A stretch of DNA of 64,000 bases from an uncultured Candidatus Binatia bacterium. Lineage in GTDB: Bacteria; Desulfobacterota; Binatia; UBA9968; JAJDTQ01. Every line of letters starts with the position of its first letter. Position 1 is the first letter of the stretch. The position numbers and the translations under genes are program-made. Under the pieces are notes generated by a model. The model had not been told where the DNA came from. It saw only the letters and a program-made list of their open reading frames with translations, and did no database searches. The DNA is taken from contig OZ244070.1 in the NCBI GenBank assembly GCA_965215605.1, positions 2,496,001-2,560,000 on the forward strand. Reading direction: 5' to 3'. Shown here piece after piece: positions 19,270 to 29,959 of this stretch.

Positions 19270-20535
19270 TTGATCAACGCCAGCCTGGAGCAAGTCGATC
19301 CAGAGGTTTTCGAGGCGATCGGCAACGAGAGCGAGCGCCTGGAGTCCAACCTCGAGTTGATCGCGTCGGAAAACGTGGTCAGCGAGGCCGTCCTCGAGGC
19401 GCAGGGCTGCCTCATGACCAACAAGTATGCCGAGGGCTATCCCGGCAGGCGCTACTACGGCGGGTGCGAGTACGTGGACGTGGTGGAGCGGCTGGCGGTG
19501 GAGCGGGCCCGGGATCTCTTCGGGGCGGAGCACGTCAACGTCCAGGCGCACTCGGGCACCCAGGCCAACATGGCGGTCTACTTCGCGGTGCTGAATCCCG
19601 GCGACACCTACCTCGGCATGGACCTCTCCCACGGCGGCCACCTGTCCATGGGGAGTCCGGTGAACTTCTCCGGCCGCCTCTACAACGTCGTGGCGTACGG
19701 CGTGTCCGAGGAGACGGAATTTCTCGACTACGACGCTCTGGCCGAGTTGGCGCGCGAGCATCGGCCGCGGCTCATCGTGGCCGGAGCGAGCGCCTATCCG
19801 CGGACCGTGGACTACGAACGGTTCCGCGCCATCGCCGACGAGGTCGGCGCCTTGCTGATGGTGGACATGGCGCACATCGCCGGACTGGTTGCGGCCGGCT
19901 GCCACCCGAGCCCGATCCCCCATGCGGACTTCGTGACCACGACGACCCACAAGACCCTGCGCGGACCCCGCGGCGGGATGATCCTCTGCCGCGAGGAGCA
20001 CGCCAAGACCCTCAACAGCCGCGTCTTCCCGGGCATGCAGGGCGGTCCTTTGATGCATATCATCGCCGCCAAGGCGGTGGCCTTGAAGGAAGCGGCCACG
20101 CCGGAGTTCGCGAGCTATCAACGACAGATCGTCGCCAACGCAAAGGAGCTGGCCAAGGCCCTGACGGAGCGGAGCTTCCGACTCGTCTCGGGCGGTACCG
20201 ACAACCATCTGATGCTCATGGACCTGCGTGAGTCGGAGCTCACCGGCAAGCTCGCCCAGGAAACGCTGGAGCGGGCCGGGATCACCGCGAACCGGAACAC
20301 GGTACCCTTCGAAACCCGCTCGCCGTTCGTGACCAGCGGCGTCCGCATCGGCACCCCGGCCGTCACCACCCGCGGCATGAAGGAGCCGGAGATGCGGGTC
20401 ATCGCCGAGCTGATCCAGCGGGGGCTCGCCCACGTCGGCGACGAGGACGGTCTGGCCGCCATCGCCGCCGAGGTCCGGACCCTGTGTGAACGCTTTCCCG
20501 TCTACCGCAAGGACTCGCCGGCCAGACAGCCCTGA
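19270..20535 (+). CDS. glyA: Serine hydroxymethyltransferase
   Basis: [34 protein letters not shown]. Confidence 0.97.
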   Translation: MINASLEQVDPEVFEAIGNESERLESNLELIASENVVSEAVLEAQGCLMTNKYAEGYPGRRYYGGCEYVDVVERLAVERARDLFGAEHVNVQAHSGTQANMAVYFAVLNPGDTYLGMDLSHGGHLSMGSPVNFSGRLYNVVAYGVSEETEFLDYDALAELAREHRPRLIVAGASAYPRTVDYERFRAIADEVGALLMVDMAHIAGLVAAGCHPSPIPHADFVTTTTHKTLRGPRGGMILCREEHAKTLNSRVFPGMQGGPLMHIIAAKAVALKEAATPEFASYQRQIVANAKELAKALTERSFRLVSGGTDNHLMLMDLRESELTGKLAQETLERAGITANRNTVPFETRSPFVTSGVRIGTPAVTTRGMKEPEMRVIAELIQRGLAHVGDEDGLAAIAAEVRTLCERFPVYRKDSPARQP

Positions 20536-20574
20536 ACGCGGCGGGTCTTCGCGTCCCGGAACGTCAGGCATGCC

Positions 20575-21114
20575 ATGAAATGCCCTTTCTGCCGCCAGTC
20601 CAATAACCACGTCATCGATTCCCGGCTCGGGAAAGACGGAGAGATGATCCGGCGGCGGCGGGAGTGCATCGCGTGCGCGCGCCGCTTCACCACCTACGAA
20701 CGCGTGGAGGAAGCCATGCCCATGGTGGTGAAGAAGGATGGACGCCGGGAGGCGTTCGACCGGCTCAAGATCATCAACGGCCTGAAGCGCGCCTGCCAGA
20801 AACGCCCCGTCAGCATGGACGCCATCGAGGCCATCGCCGACCGCATCGAGCGCGGGATCCAGGAGCGCGGAGAGAAGGAAATACCGGGCTCGATCGTCGG
20901 CGAGGCGGCGATGCGCGAGCTCCACGACACCGACCCGGTGGCCTACGTCCGATTCGCCTCGGTCTACCGTTCCTTCAAGGACCTCGATGAGTTCATGGTG
21001 GAGCTCGAGGACTTGCTCAACGAGCGCAAGCACCGGACCCCCGCCGAGCCTTCCCGGAAGGCGGGCAGCGCCCGCAAGAAGCGACGGAAACCCTTGCCCG
21101 CCAGCGGCACCTGA
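20575..21114 (+). CDS. nrdR: Transcriptional repressor NrdR
   Basis: [28 protein letters not shown]-cone, [10 protein letters not shown]. Confidence 0.97.
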   Translation: MKCPFCRQSNNHVIDSRLGKDGEMIRRRRECIACARRFTTYERVEEAMPMVVKKDGRREAFDRLKIINGLKRACQKRPVSMDAIEAIADRIERGIQERGEKEIPGSIVGEAAMRELHDTDPVAYVRFASVYRSFKDLDEFMVELEDLLNERKHRTPAEPSRKAGSARKKRRKPLPASGT

Positions 21115-21143
21115 TCCGGCAGACCGCCGGCCCAAGACGCGCC

Positions 21144-22235
21144 ATGCCCCAGGAAACGGATGAGCGTTACATGCAGGTGGCCCTCAGGCTCGCGCGCCGG
21201 GCCGCCGGCAGGACCAGCCCGAACCCGATGGTGGGAGCGCTGGTGGTACGCGGCGGCCGCATCGTGGGACGCGGCCATCATGTCCGGGCCGGCGCCGATC
21301 ACGCGGAGGTGGCGGCGCTCCGCCAGGCGGGCGCGGCAGCCCGTGGCGCCACGCTCTATGTCAACCTGGAGCCCTGCAGTCACTTCGGGCGCACGCCTCC
21401 GTGCGCCGGCGCCGTCATCGAGGCCGGCGTACGGCGGGTGGTGGCGGGCATGGTGGACCCCAATCCGGCGGTGGCCGGCCGGGGCGTGAGCGCCCTCCGG
21501 GACGCCGGCATCGCGGTGGACCTGCCGGTCCGGGAGGACGACTGCCGGCGTTTGAACGAGGCCTTCGTCAAGCACGTCACCCGGGGACTCCCTTTCGTCA
21601 CGCTCAAGCTGGCCGCGTCGATGGACGGCCGGATCGCCACCGCCACCGGAGATTCCAGGTGGGTGACGGGTCCGGCCGCGCGGAAGTACGTCCATCGTTT
21701 GCGCAACGAGGTCGATGCCGTGCTGGTGGGCTCAGGGACGGTGCTGGCGGACGATCCGCAGCTCACCTGCCGGATCCCCGGAGGAAGGGACCCCTGGCGG
21801 GTGGTGCTGGACCGAAGGCTGCGGACGCCGGCCGCCGCGAAGCTCGTGCGGCATCCGCGGGCGGAGAACACGGTGCTGGTGACCGGCAACGATGTTCCGG
21901 CGGCGCGCCGGAAGCGGCTCGAGGACCTGGGCGTCCAGGTGTGGAGCTTCCCGCTGCGGCAGGGCCGTGTCTCCTTCAGGCGCGTGCTTCGAAAGCTGGC
22001 GCGCGCCGGGGTAATGAGCGTCATGATGGAGGGAGGCGCCGTGACCGCAAGCCGTGCCATCGCGGAGAAGGCCGTGGACAAGGTGCTGTGCTTCTACGCC
22101 CCGAAGCTCATCGGCGCCGAGGGCATGCCCATGGTAGGGGACCTCGGCATCACCCGGATGCGTCAAAGCCCACGGCTGGACCGCGCCGAGGTCCGGCGGT
22201 TGGGTGAGGACATCCTGGTTTCGGCGTATCTGTGA
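21144..22235 (+). CDS. ribD: Bifunctional pyrimidine deaminase/reductase RibD
   Basis: PNPMVG, HAE, LEPCSHFGRTPPC, KLAASMDG, EGG. Confidence 0.96.
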   Translation: MPQETDERYMQVALRLARRAAGRTSPNPMVGALVVRGGRIVGRGHHVRAGADHAEVAALRQAGAAARGATLYVNLEPCSHFGRTPPCAGAVIEAGVRRVVAGMVDPNPAVAGRGVSALRDAGIAVDLPVREDDCRRLNEAFVKHVTRGLPFVTLKLAASMDGRIATATGDSRWVTGPAARKYVHRLRNEVDAVLVGSGTVLADDPQLTCRIPGGRDPWRVVLDRRLRTPAAAKLVRHPRAENTVLVTGNDVPAARRKRLEDLGVQVWSFPLRQGRVSFRRVLRKLARAGVMSVMMEGGAVTASRAIAEKAVDKVLCFYAPKLIGAEGMPMVGDLGITRMRQSPRLDRAEVRRLGEDILVSAYL

Positions 22236-22330
22236 GCACACTTCGCGCGTACGAAGTAACAGCCGAAACGAACATTTGCGGATAGTCCGGGCCGAGGCGC
22301 TGTGCCCGTAGCAGTGTAGTTCGCGCGTTC

Positions 22331-22780
22331 TCACGGTGCGAGCGGGTTCAACGTCGGAACTCCTTCAAGGCTCGCCGCCTCGCACAGGCGTGTATCCGCG
22401 CACACGAACGTCAGGGGGCCGGGCACGTCGTGACGGACCACCAGACAGCCGGCAAGTTGAAGTGCGTCATAGGCCCTGAGCGGGTGACGGTCGATCAACC
22501 GCGCGGCCTCTTCCATCACCGCCGAGGTTGAGGGCTGAAGGAGAAAGGACGTGGTCGCATCTTCTTCAATCTGTTTGAGAATGAGATCCGCGTCGGCGCC
22601 TTCAATGTCGCCCTCACGCTGTCGCCGACGGACCGCGGACCGTGACTCGATCAGGGTGATGTCGAGAACGACGATCTGAACGTCGTCGCGATTCGCCGTC
22701 AAGGTTGTGATTCGTGCTGTCCCTTCTTCCTCGATATACAGTTTGACCAGTGCGCTCGTGTCCAGATAAATGCTTGCCAT
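22331..22780 (-). CDS. VapC-like PIN-domain toxin
   Basis: YLDTSALVKLYIEEEG, LRAYDALQLA, FVCADTRL. Confidence 0.9.
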   Translation of the reverse strand: MASIYLDTSALVKLYIEEEGTARITTLTANRDDVQIVVLDITLIESRSAVRRRQREGDIEGADADLILKQIEEDATTSFLLQPSTSAVMEEAARLIDRHPLRAYDALQLAGCLVVRHDVPGPLTFVCADTRLCEAASLEGVPTLNPLAP

Positions 22781-22788
22781 TGGACCGG

Positions 22789-23439
22789 TCAGCGTCTGTC
22801 ACCGAGCACGGTATCGGCAATCGAACCGCCTCCGATTCGGATCGGTGTGAAGTGGTTTCCCGGGCTCGAGGCCGCCGATTGAAACAACGGATGCCTCCGG
22901 TTGACCCGTATTGCGGTCACCGGGTGGTGGGGCTGATTCGGATTCGGCACCTGGCTGGTCAGGATCAGACGCTGATCTGTTGCGTGACGCAATAGAGAGT
23001 AAAGCATGTCCGGACTGCGCGCCCATTTGTGTCCGCACCCGGGAAGGACCTGATCGCGAAACCATTTCAGGCCTACGAAGGGGCGCGTGCATTCGATTTT
23101 TTTGAGCTCATCGAGAAGCTGGCCCAAGGGCTCTTCGAAATCGAGGGGTAAGGTCGTCTTGACGGAATCCGGGGCGGCCATGTCTGCTCGGTGGTCCCCG
23201 TGACCGGGAGCCTCGACCGGGATGAACCGTATTACCACCTCGCAACGGTCCGGATCGAAGTAACTGCCCGCCGCGTCTTCCCGTACTTTCCTGCCGCCAT
23301 CAACGTTACGAATGATTACTTGAGGGTTGTGGTCACCGACCGGGAGATGCCTCAGGCCCTCCAGTGCGGGAGGCAGGCTTGCAGCTGTCAAGTTCGCCAA
23401 GCCTTCCTCTATTTCTCTCTGGATATGACTGATCTTCAT
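22789..23439 (-). CDS. Hypothetical protein, putative large antitoxin partner of the PIN toxin
   Basis: 216 aa, 8 bp upstream of the PIN gene; ends in PIRIGGGSIADTVLGDRR, similar to VapB-type C-terminal tails. Confidence 0.7.
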   Translation of the reverse strand: MKISHIQREIEEGLANLTAASLPPALEGLRHLPVGDHNPQVIIRNVDGGRKVREDAAGSYFDPDRCEVVIRFIPVEAPGHGDHRADMAAPDSVKTTLPLDFEEPLGQLLDELKKIECTRPFVGLKWFRDQVLPGCGHKWARSPDMLYSLLRHATDQRLILTSQVPNPNQPHHPVTAIRVNRRHPLFQSAASSPGNHFTPIRIGGGSIADTVLGDRR

Positions 23440-23670
23440 ATGGCAATCCTCTATTATTTAAATATCAAACTGATAATATCTAAATATTAGATAGATATCA
23501 ATACACACCCTCGTAAACCCATGCCTTTGACAAAGGACACAATATTCAGGACACTCTGGTTGACTCGATCAAGGATGGCGTGTCGCAGTTCGACCGCCAG
23601 TCCGGAATCTGGTAAGCGTGTCCTGACGGTATGGCGAATCCGCCGCTGTCCCTCGCAAGACTCATCAACC

Positions 23671-24282
23671 ATGTTCACGGGACTCATCGAAGACGTCGGT
23701 AAGGTCTCCCGCTGGAGCGGCGGCGCGGAGGGGGGAGAGCTCGTCTTCGAGACCGCGCTTCCGGCGCGGGAAGCCTCGTTGGGCGACAGCATCGCGGTGA
23801 ACGGGTGCTGCCTGACCGTGGTCAGGAAGGCCGGACGGCGGCTGGCCGTGGACGTCTCGCCGGAGACCCTGCGGCGGACGAACCTCGGGGACCTGCGTGA
23901 CGGTCACGGCGTCAATCTGGAGCGGCCCCTGAGGGTCGGTGACCGGCTGGGGGGTCATTGGGTCACCGGGCACGTCGACGCGGTCGGGCAGATCACCCGC
24001 GTCGATCCGAGCGGCGACTTCACCTTCTTCCGTTTCCGTACCCCCGTCTCGGTGGGCCGCCTGCTGGTGCCCAAGGGCTCCATCGCGGTGGACGGCATCA
24101 GCCTGACCGTGAACGAGTGCACGTCACGCTCCTTCTCGGTTGCGATCATACCGTTCACGCTGGCGCACACGAATTTGCAGACCCGTGGTGTTGGTGATAG
24201 AGTCAACCTCGAAGCCGACATCATCGGAAAGTACGTCCTCCAGTCCGCAACGGCCTATCGCACGGGCACGCCGGACGCGTAG
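23671..24282 (+). CDS. ribE: Riboflavin synthase (alpha chain)
   Basis: MFTGLIE, GDSIAVNGCCLTV, VNLER, GGHWVTGHVD, KGSIAVDGISLTVN. Confidence 0.96.
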   Translation: MFTGLIEDVGKVSRWSGGAEGGELVFETALPAREASLGDSIAVNGCCLTVVRKAGRRLAVDVSPETLRRTNLGDLRDGHGVNLERPLRVGDRLGGHWVTGHVDAVGQITRVDPSGDFTFFRFRTPVSVGRLLVPKGSIAVDGISLTVNECTSRSFSVAIIPFTLAHTNLQTRGVGDRVNLEADIIGKYVLQSATAYRTGTPDA

Positions 24283-24306
24283 GGGCGGGGGTTCCAAGCC
24301 CGCCCG
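24279..24306 (+). repeat. GTAG-type REP-like palindromic element, supplies the ribE stop codon
   Basis: GTAGGGGCGGGGGTTCCAAGCCCGCCCG, matching the copy at 4839. Confidence 0.65.
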
Positions 24307-24347
24307 CGTGGCGAGAACGAGTTGCCCGGTCGAGCAATCCCCAAGCC

Positions 24348-25568
24348 ATGTCACTCACGTCCATCGAAACCATCCGGGAAGAACTCCTCAAGGGCCGCCC
24401 GATCCTGCTGCTGGACGAAGAGGGCGGCCACGGCGTGGGCCACGTCTGCATGCCGGCGGAGAAAGCGACTCCGGAGCACGTCAACCTGATGCTGCGTCAT
24501 GCCCGAGGCGTGCCGTATCTGGTGCTGGAAGCGGCGCGCATGCAGCAGCTCGGTTTCCACGTGGACGCAGGGTCGAATTTCCTTCCGGGACAGGATCCGG
24601 TCGGTGCTCCGGTGGGCGCCAACTCCTCCCTGGGGCTGGAGGTCTCGGCCGCCGGCCGCGCCCACACCATCCGGGCCGCTGCCCGGGACGACGCCGAGCC
24701 CGGGGACTTCGTGACCCCCGGCAACGTGTTGCCGCTCCAGGCCGGCACCGGGGGCGTGCTGGTCAAGGCAGGCGCGGCCGAGGCGGCGGTGGATCTGGCG
24801 GCGCTCTGCGGATTGCCGGCCGTCGCGGTGATCTGCCAGGTCCTGAACGATGACGGCTCCATCGCGACGGGGGAGGTGCTCAATGCCTTTGCCGGCCGGC
24901 ACGATCTCCGGATGGTGTCCATCGTGGACCTCATCGCCCACCGTCTCCGCAACGAAGCCACGATCCGAAAGGTCTGGGAGGAGGACTTTCCGAGCATTCA
25001 CGGCAAGTCTTTCAAGGCGATTCTCTACCGGACGAACCTCGACCCGTTCGAGCATATGGCCTTGGTGAAGGGCGAGGTGAACGGCCGCGACGACGTGGTG
25101 GTGCGGGTGCATTCGGAATGTCTCACCGGAGACGTGTTCTCGTCGGAACGCTGTGACTGCGGCGACCAGTTGCGCGCTGCCATCCGCATCATCGACCAGG
25201 AAGAGTGCGGCGTCATCGTGTACATGCACCAGGAGGGCCGCGGCATCGGCCTCACCAACAAGATCAAGGCGTACGCGCTGCAGGACCAGGGACGCGACAC
25301 GGCGGAGGCGAACCTGGAGTTGGGGTTCGACGTGGACCTGAGGGACTATGGGGTCGCGGCGGAGATACTGCGCCATCTCGGCATTCAGCGGCTTCGCCTG
25401 TTGACCAACAATCCGCGCAAGATCGTCAGCCTGGAAGGCTACGGCCTGTCGGTGAGCCACAGGATCCCTCTGGAGATCAAGCCTCACGACGGCAATGCCG
25501 GCTACCTGCAGACGAAGCGCGACAAGCTCGGGCATCTCCTGACCCACGTCGAGGACGAGCCACGCTAA
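24348..25568 (+). CDS. ribBA: RibBA fusion: intact GTP cyclohydrolase II with degenerate DHBP synthase domain
   Basis: C-terminal [31 protein letters not shown] are intact. The N-terminal RibB fold is recognisable but its catalytic motifs are substituted. Confidence 0.9.
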   Translation: MSLTSIETIREELLKGRPILLLDEEGGHGVGHVCMPAEKATPEHVNLMLRHARGVPYLVLEAARMQQLGFHVDAGSNFLPGQDPVGAPVGANSSLGLEVSAAGRAHTIRAAARDDAEPGDFVTPGNVLPLQAGTGGVLVKAGAAEAAVDLAALCGLPAVAVICQVLNDDGSIATGEVLNAFAGRHDLRMVSIVDLIAHRLRNEATIRKVWEEDFPSIHGKSFKAILYRTNLDPFEHMALVKGEVNGRDDVVVRVHSECLTGDVFSSERCDCGDQLRAAIRIIDQEECGVIVYMHQEGRGIGLTNKIKAYALQDQGRDTAEANLELGFDVDLRDYGVAAEILRHLGIQRLRLLTNNPRKIVSLEGYGLSVSHRIPLEIKPHDGNAGYLQTKRDKLGHLLTHVEDEPR

Positions 25569-25587
25569 CCCACTGAAGGTGCCGGCC

Positions 25588-26055
25588 ATGGGAGTGATCG
25601 AAGGGAAACTGGATGCCGCCGCGATGAAGTTCGGGATCATCGCCAGCCGGTTCAACGGCTTCATTACGGAACGGCTGCTGGACGGCGCCCTGAGCGCCTT
25701 GAGGCGGCACGGCGCCGACACGGGAGAGGATGTGGATGTGGTATGGGTCCCGGGCGCCTTCGAGATATCCTTCTGCGCCCACAAGATGGCGGCCAGCGGC
25801 AAGTACGACGCGTTGATTTGCGTGGGGGCGGTCATTCGCGGCGAAACGGCCCATTTCGACTACATCTGCGGCGAGGCGTCCCGGGGCGTGGGCAATGCCA
25901 TGAATCAGCACGGTGTTCCCATCGCCTTCGGCTTGCTGACCACCAATACGGTGGAGCAGGCCGTGGACCGGGCCGGGGCGAAGATGGGCAACAAGGGTTT
26001 CGAGGCTGCCGTGACGGCCATTGAAATGGCGAGCTTGAACAGACAGCTCTCCTGA
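25588..26055 (+). CDS. ribH: Lumazine synthase
   Basis: [30 protein letters not shown]. Confidence 0.96.
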   Translation: MGVIEGKLDAAAMKFGIIASRFNGFITERLLDGALSALRRHGADTGEDVDVVWVPGAFEISFCAHKMAASGKYDALICVGAVIRGETAHFDYICGEASRGVGNAMNQHGVPIAFGLLTTNTVEQAVDRAGAKMGNKGFEAAVTAIEMASLNRQLS

Positions 26056-26088
26056 GCTTCTCCGCTACCGTTCAACGGTTTCAAGTCC

Positions 26089-26523
26089 ATGGAGGGTGTC
26101 CGTCGCAGGGCTAGGGAGCTGGCGTTGCAGGTGCTCTATCAGATGGAGATCACCGGCGATCCCTCGCCCACCGGTCCGGACAGCTTTTGGGGCCACTTCC
26201 CGTCCCGCCCGGCAACGAGGGATTTCGCCCAGCGTCTGGTGGCCGGCACGGTGGAGCATCGGTCGGAGATCGACGGGCTCCTTGAGAACGCGGCCGAGAA
26301 CTGGAAGCTCGGCCGCATGCCAAAGGTGGATCTGGTCATCCTTCGGCTCGCCACCTACGAATTGGTCTTTTGCCCGGACATCCCGTTGAGCGTGAGCATC
26401 GACGAAGCCATCGAGATCGGCAACCGCTACGGGTCCGACGATTCCCCGACCTTCATCAACGGAGTGCTCGACCAGGTAGCGCGCGCCAACGGACTCAAGG
26501 AGAGTGAGCGGTCGGAGCCATGA
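26089..26523 (+). CDS. nusB: Transcription antitermination factor NusB
   Basis: [28 protein letters not shown]. Confidence 0.95.
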   Translation: MEGVRRRARELALQVLYQMEITGDPSPTGPDSFWGHFPSRPATRDFAQRLVAGTVEHRSEIDGLLENAAENWKLGRMPKVDLVILRLATYELVFCPDIPLSVSIDEAIEIGNRYGSDDSPTFINGVLDQVARANGLKESERSEP

Positions 26524-29009
26524 TCGAGAAATACGAGTTCTGGAATATCGAAGAGAGATGGCAGAGCGAGTGGGAACGGCTCGAGAGCTTCCGGGCCGGC
26601 GAGGACTCCGAGCTTCCCAAGTACTATCTGCTGGAGATGTTCCCGTATCCGTCGGGCCGCATCCACATGGGGCACGTCCGGAACTATTCCATCGGCGACG
26701 TGATCGCGCGCTACAAGCGCATGCGCGGGTTCAACGTGCTCCATCCCATGGGCTGGGACGCCTTCGGGCTGCCGGCGGAGAACGCCGCCATCGCCAACAA
26801 GGTCCATCCGGCGCGCTGGACCGTGGAGAACATCGACTACATGCGGGCCCAGCTCAAGAAGATGGGCTTCAGTTACGACTGGGCGCGTGAGCTGGCCACC
26901 TCCGACGCGAGCTACTATCGCTGGGAGCAGTTGTTCTTCCTGGAGATGCTCGAACGCGGCCTGGCGTACAAGAAGAGCTCGGCGGTCAACTGGTGCGGCG
27001 GCTGTCAGACCGTGCTGGCCAACGAGCAGGTGGTGGACGGTTCCTGCTGGCGCTGCGAGCAGGAAGTCCTCATGCGCGAGCTGCCGCAATGGTTCTTCCG
27101 GATCACGGCCTACGCGGAGGATCTGCTGGCGGGGTGTGACGAGCTCGAGGGGTGGCCCGACAAGGTGCTCACCATGCAGCGCAACTGGATCGGCAAGTCC
27201 ATCGGCGCCGAGATCCGCTTTCCTCTGGTGGACCGGGAGGGCGACCTCACGGTCTTTACCACCCGCCAGGACACGATCTACGGCGCCACCTTCGTCTCCT
27301 TGGCCGCCGAGCATCCCATGGCGTTGGAGCTCTCCCAAGGCACGCCGCAGCAACAGGCGGTGGAAGACTTCGCCCGGAGGGTGAAGCGCATCAGCCATTC
27401 CCGGCGCGGCGACGTGGACACGGAGAAGGAAGGGATCTTCACCGGGTCGTACTGCGTCAATCCGTTCACCGATGAAAGGGTCCCCATCTACGTGGCCAAC
27501 TTCGTGCTCATGGAGTACGGCACCGGCGCGGTCATGGCGGTTCCCGCCCATGACCAGAGGGACTTCGAGTTCGCCAGGAAGTACGACCTTCCGGTGCGTC
27601 CGGTGATCCACCCGCGCGGCGTCACGCTGGTGGCCGAGGAGATGACCGAGGCGTACGTCGCGGACGGGGTGATGGCCGACAGCGGCCGCTTCAGCGGCCT
27701 GAGCAGCGAAGAAGGCCGGAGCCGTATCGCGGCCTTCCTGGAGGAGCGGGACTGGGGCAAGGGCACGGTCCGCTACCGGCTGCGGGACTGGGGCATCTCC
27801 CGCCAGCGTTACTGGGGCGCGCCCATCCCGGTGGTCTATTGTGACGACTGCGACATGGTGCCGGTGCCGCGGGACGAGTTGCCGGTGCGGCTGCCCACCA
27901 ACGTGGCGTTGACCGGAGCGGGCGGCTCGCCGCTGGCCAACCTCCCGGAGTTTCACGAGACCGCCTGTCCCAGGTGCGGGAAGCCGGCCCGCCGCGAGAC
28001 CGACACCATGGACACGTTCGTGGAGTCCTCGTGGTATTTCGCGCGCTACGCCTGTCCCGACGAGGGCGACGAGCCGCTGGACCGGGACCGCGCCGCCTAC
28101 TGGATGGCCGTGGACCAGTACGTGGGCGGCGTCGAGCACGCGGTGCTGCACCTGCTCTACGCCCGCTTCTTTACGCGCGTCCTTCGAGACATGGGCTGGT
28201 TGTCCGTCACCGAGCCGTTCACCAATCTCCTGACCCAGGGCATGGTGATCAAGGACGGGGCCAAGATGTCCAAGTCGAAGATGAACGTGGTGGATCCGGA
28301 CGAGTTGATCCATCGCTACGGCGCGGACACGGCGCGGCTGTTCACGCTGTTCGCGGCGCCGCCGGAGAAGGACCTGGACTGGAGCGATCAGGGAGTCGAG
28401 GGCGCCCACCGGTTCCTGAACCGGGTGTGGCGTTTCGCCATGGGCCACCGCGAGCGTCTGGCCGGAGTCGCCGCGGACTCGAGCCGCGAGCCGGCCTCGG
28501 AGGCGCTCAAGGAGCTGCGCCGACGCATCCACTGGACCATCAAGAAGGTCACGGACGACATCGAGCAGCGGTTCCACTTCAACACCGCCATCGCCGCCAT
28601 CATGGAGTTGCACAACACCCTGGGCGCGGTGAGCGCCGAGGATCTCGACGGCGAGGGCGGGGCCGCGCTGGCCAAGGCCGCCCTGGAAACCGAGATCGTG
28701 CTGCTGGCGCCGTTCGTGCCGCACATCGCCAGCGAGCTGTGGCGGCGCCTCGGGCACGACGAAGACCTGGCCGCCGTGAGTTGGCCCGAGCATTCGGAAG
28801 CGGCGCTGGTCCAGGAGAGCCGTCTCATCGTCGTGCAGGTCAACGGGAAGCTGCGCGGAAAGGTTTCGGTTCCGGCGGACGCCGGCGAAGAGCACGTCGA
28901 GTCTACCGCGTTGGCCGATCCGCGGGTCGCAGGTTTCATCGACGGCCGTCCGGTCCGGCGAGTGGTGCAGGTGCCCGGCCGGCTCGTCAACATTGTGCTG
29001 GAGGGGTGA
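26520..29009 (+). CDS. leuS: Leucine--tRNA ligase
   Basis: [39 protein letters not shown]. Confidence 0.98.
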   Translation: MIEKYEFWNIEERWQSEWERLESFRAGEDSELPKYYLLEMFPYPSGRIHMGHVRNYSIGDVIARYKRMRGFNVLHPMGWDAFGLPAENAAIANKVHPARWTVENIDYMRAQLKKMGFSYDWARELATSDASYYRWEQLFFLEMLERGLAYKKSSAVNWCGGCQTVLANEQVVDGSCWRCEQEVLMRELPQWFFRITAYAEDLLAGCDELEGWPDKVLTMQRNWIGKSIGAEIRFPLVDREGDLTVFTTRQDTIYGATFVSLAAEHPMALELSQGTPQQQAVEDFARRVKRISHSRRGDVDTEKEGIFTGSYCVNPFTDERVPIYVANFVLMEYGTGAVMAVPAHDQRDFEFARKYDLPVRPVIHPRGVTLVAEEMTEAYVADGVMADSGRFSGLSSEEGRSRIAAFLEERDWGKGTVRYRLRDWGISRQRYWGAPIPVVYCDDCDMVPVPRDELPVRLPTNVALTGAGGSPLANLPEFHETACPRCGKPARRETDTMDTFVESSWYFARYACPDEGDEPLDRDRAAYWMAVDQYVGGVEHAVLHLLYARFFTRVLRDMGWLSVTEPFTNLLTQGMVIKDGAKMSKSKMNVVDPDELIHRYGADTARLFTLFAAPPEKDLDWSDQGVEGAHRFLNRVWRFAMGHRERLAGVAADSSREPASEALKELRRRIHWTIKKVTDDIEQRFHFNTAIAAIMELHNTLGAVSAEDLDGEGGAALAKAALETEIVLLAPFVPHIASELWRRLGHDEDLAAVSWPEHSEAALVQESRLIVVQVNGKLRGKVSVPADAGEEHVESTALADPRVAGFIDGRPVRRVVQVPGRLVNIVLEG

Positions 29010-29011
29010 CG

Positions 29012-29611
29012 ATGAACTGGCCAAGCCCACTGCCGGTGGTACTCTCGCTGGTCCTCGCGCTGCTGGCGGGCGCGTGTGGCTATGGGTTCGTGGACTCCGG
29101 CGCCGGCCTCCCGGACGACGTCCGCACGGTCCATGTCGAGCCGTTCATCAACCGGACCCGCGCGGTGGGACTGGAGGACGGCCTCGCGCTGGCGCTGCGC
29201 CGCGAGTTGAGGCGGCAGGAGTCGCCGCGGGTGGTGGAGCGGTTCGAGGAAGCCGATGTGGTTCTCTCGGGGGTCATCCGGCACTACGGCATCACCAACA
29301 TCGCGGTCAACCCTTCGGACGAGGTGCTGCAACTGGAGGTCCGGCTCGACGTGGAGGCCACCCTCCGGCGCCGCCAATCGCGGGAAGCGCTGTGGCCGCG
29401 GCAGGTCATGAAGCTCCGGGAGGTGTACCCCGCGGCAAGGGGGGCGGTGGTCCCCAGTTCTTCCGGCTTTCGCCGTGATACGCTGAACGTCGAGGATGTG
29501 CGCCGGCTGACGGATGCCCGACTGGCGGAAGACTCCCGCGCGGGAGCGAGGAACAGGCTGCTCGAGCAGTTCGCCCGGTTGGTGCGGGAGCGGATGGCGG
29601 AAGGATTCTGA
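29012..29611 (+). CDS. lptE: LptE-like LPS assembly lipoprotein
   Basis: Lipobox LAGACGYGF, LPDDVRTVHVEPFINRT; conserved position directly after leuS. Confidence 0.75.
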   Translation: MNWPSPLPVVLSLVLALLAGACGYGFVDSGAGLPDDVRTVHVEPFINRTRAVGLEDGLALALRRELRRQESPRVVERFEEADVVLSGVIRHYGITNIAVNPSDEVLQLEVRLDVEATLRRRQSREALWPRQVMKLREVYPAARGAVVPSSSGFRRDTLNVEDVRRLTDARLAEDSRAGARNRLLEQFARLVRERMAEGF

Positions 29612-29624
29612 CGGCCCGCGGCGC

Positions 29625-29924
29625 CTATGCCTCGGTGCCGGCAGGCTCGGCTTGGGCAGGCGTCGTGGCGCCATGCGCGGCCCGGGCCAGACGGGACAGC
29701 TTTCTTGATGCGGTGTTGCGCTTGAGGACGCCCTTGGCGACGGCCTTGTCCAGCAGCCCGTTGACTTCCCGGATCTTCTCCGCGATGGTTTCCTGGTCTT
29801 TGGTTTCGATGGCGGCCCGTACCTTCTTGACCAGGGTCCTGACCCTGGTCTGGAGGGATTGATTGCGCTGGTGGCGCCGGATGCTTTGCTGGTGCCGCTT
29901 GATGGCCGATTTATGGTTCGCCAA
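29625..29924 (-). CDS. rpsT: 30S ribosomal protein S20
   Basis: TTG start after AGGAGG; ANHKSAIKR, LDKAVAKGV, NTASRKLSRL. Confidence 0.95.
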   Translation of the reverse strand: MANHKSAIKRHQQSIRRHQRNQSLQTRVRTLVKKVRAAIETKDQETIAEKIREVNGLLDKAVAKGVLKRNTASRKLSRLARAAHGATTPAQAEPAGTEA

Positions 29925-29959
29925 ATTGTACCTCCTGAAGTGCTGATTTGTAACACCGC

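Noticed and set aside
23440-23670. Possible FMN riboswitch upstream of ribE
   Set aside because: No RFN consensus segments are visible; the AT-rich part is better explained as the TA promoter.
29611-29625. holA absent between lptE and rpsT, and tatC without tatA/B
   Set aside because: Simple relocation is common and cannot be judged from one window.
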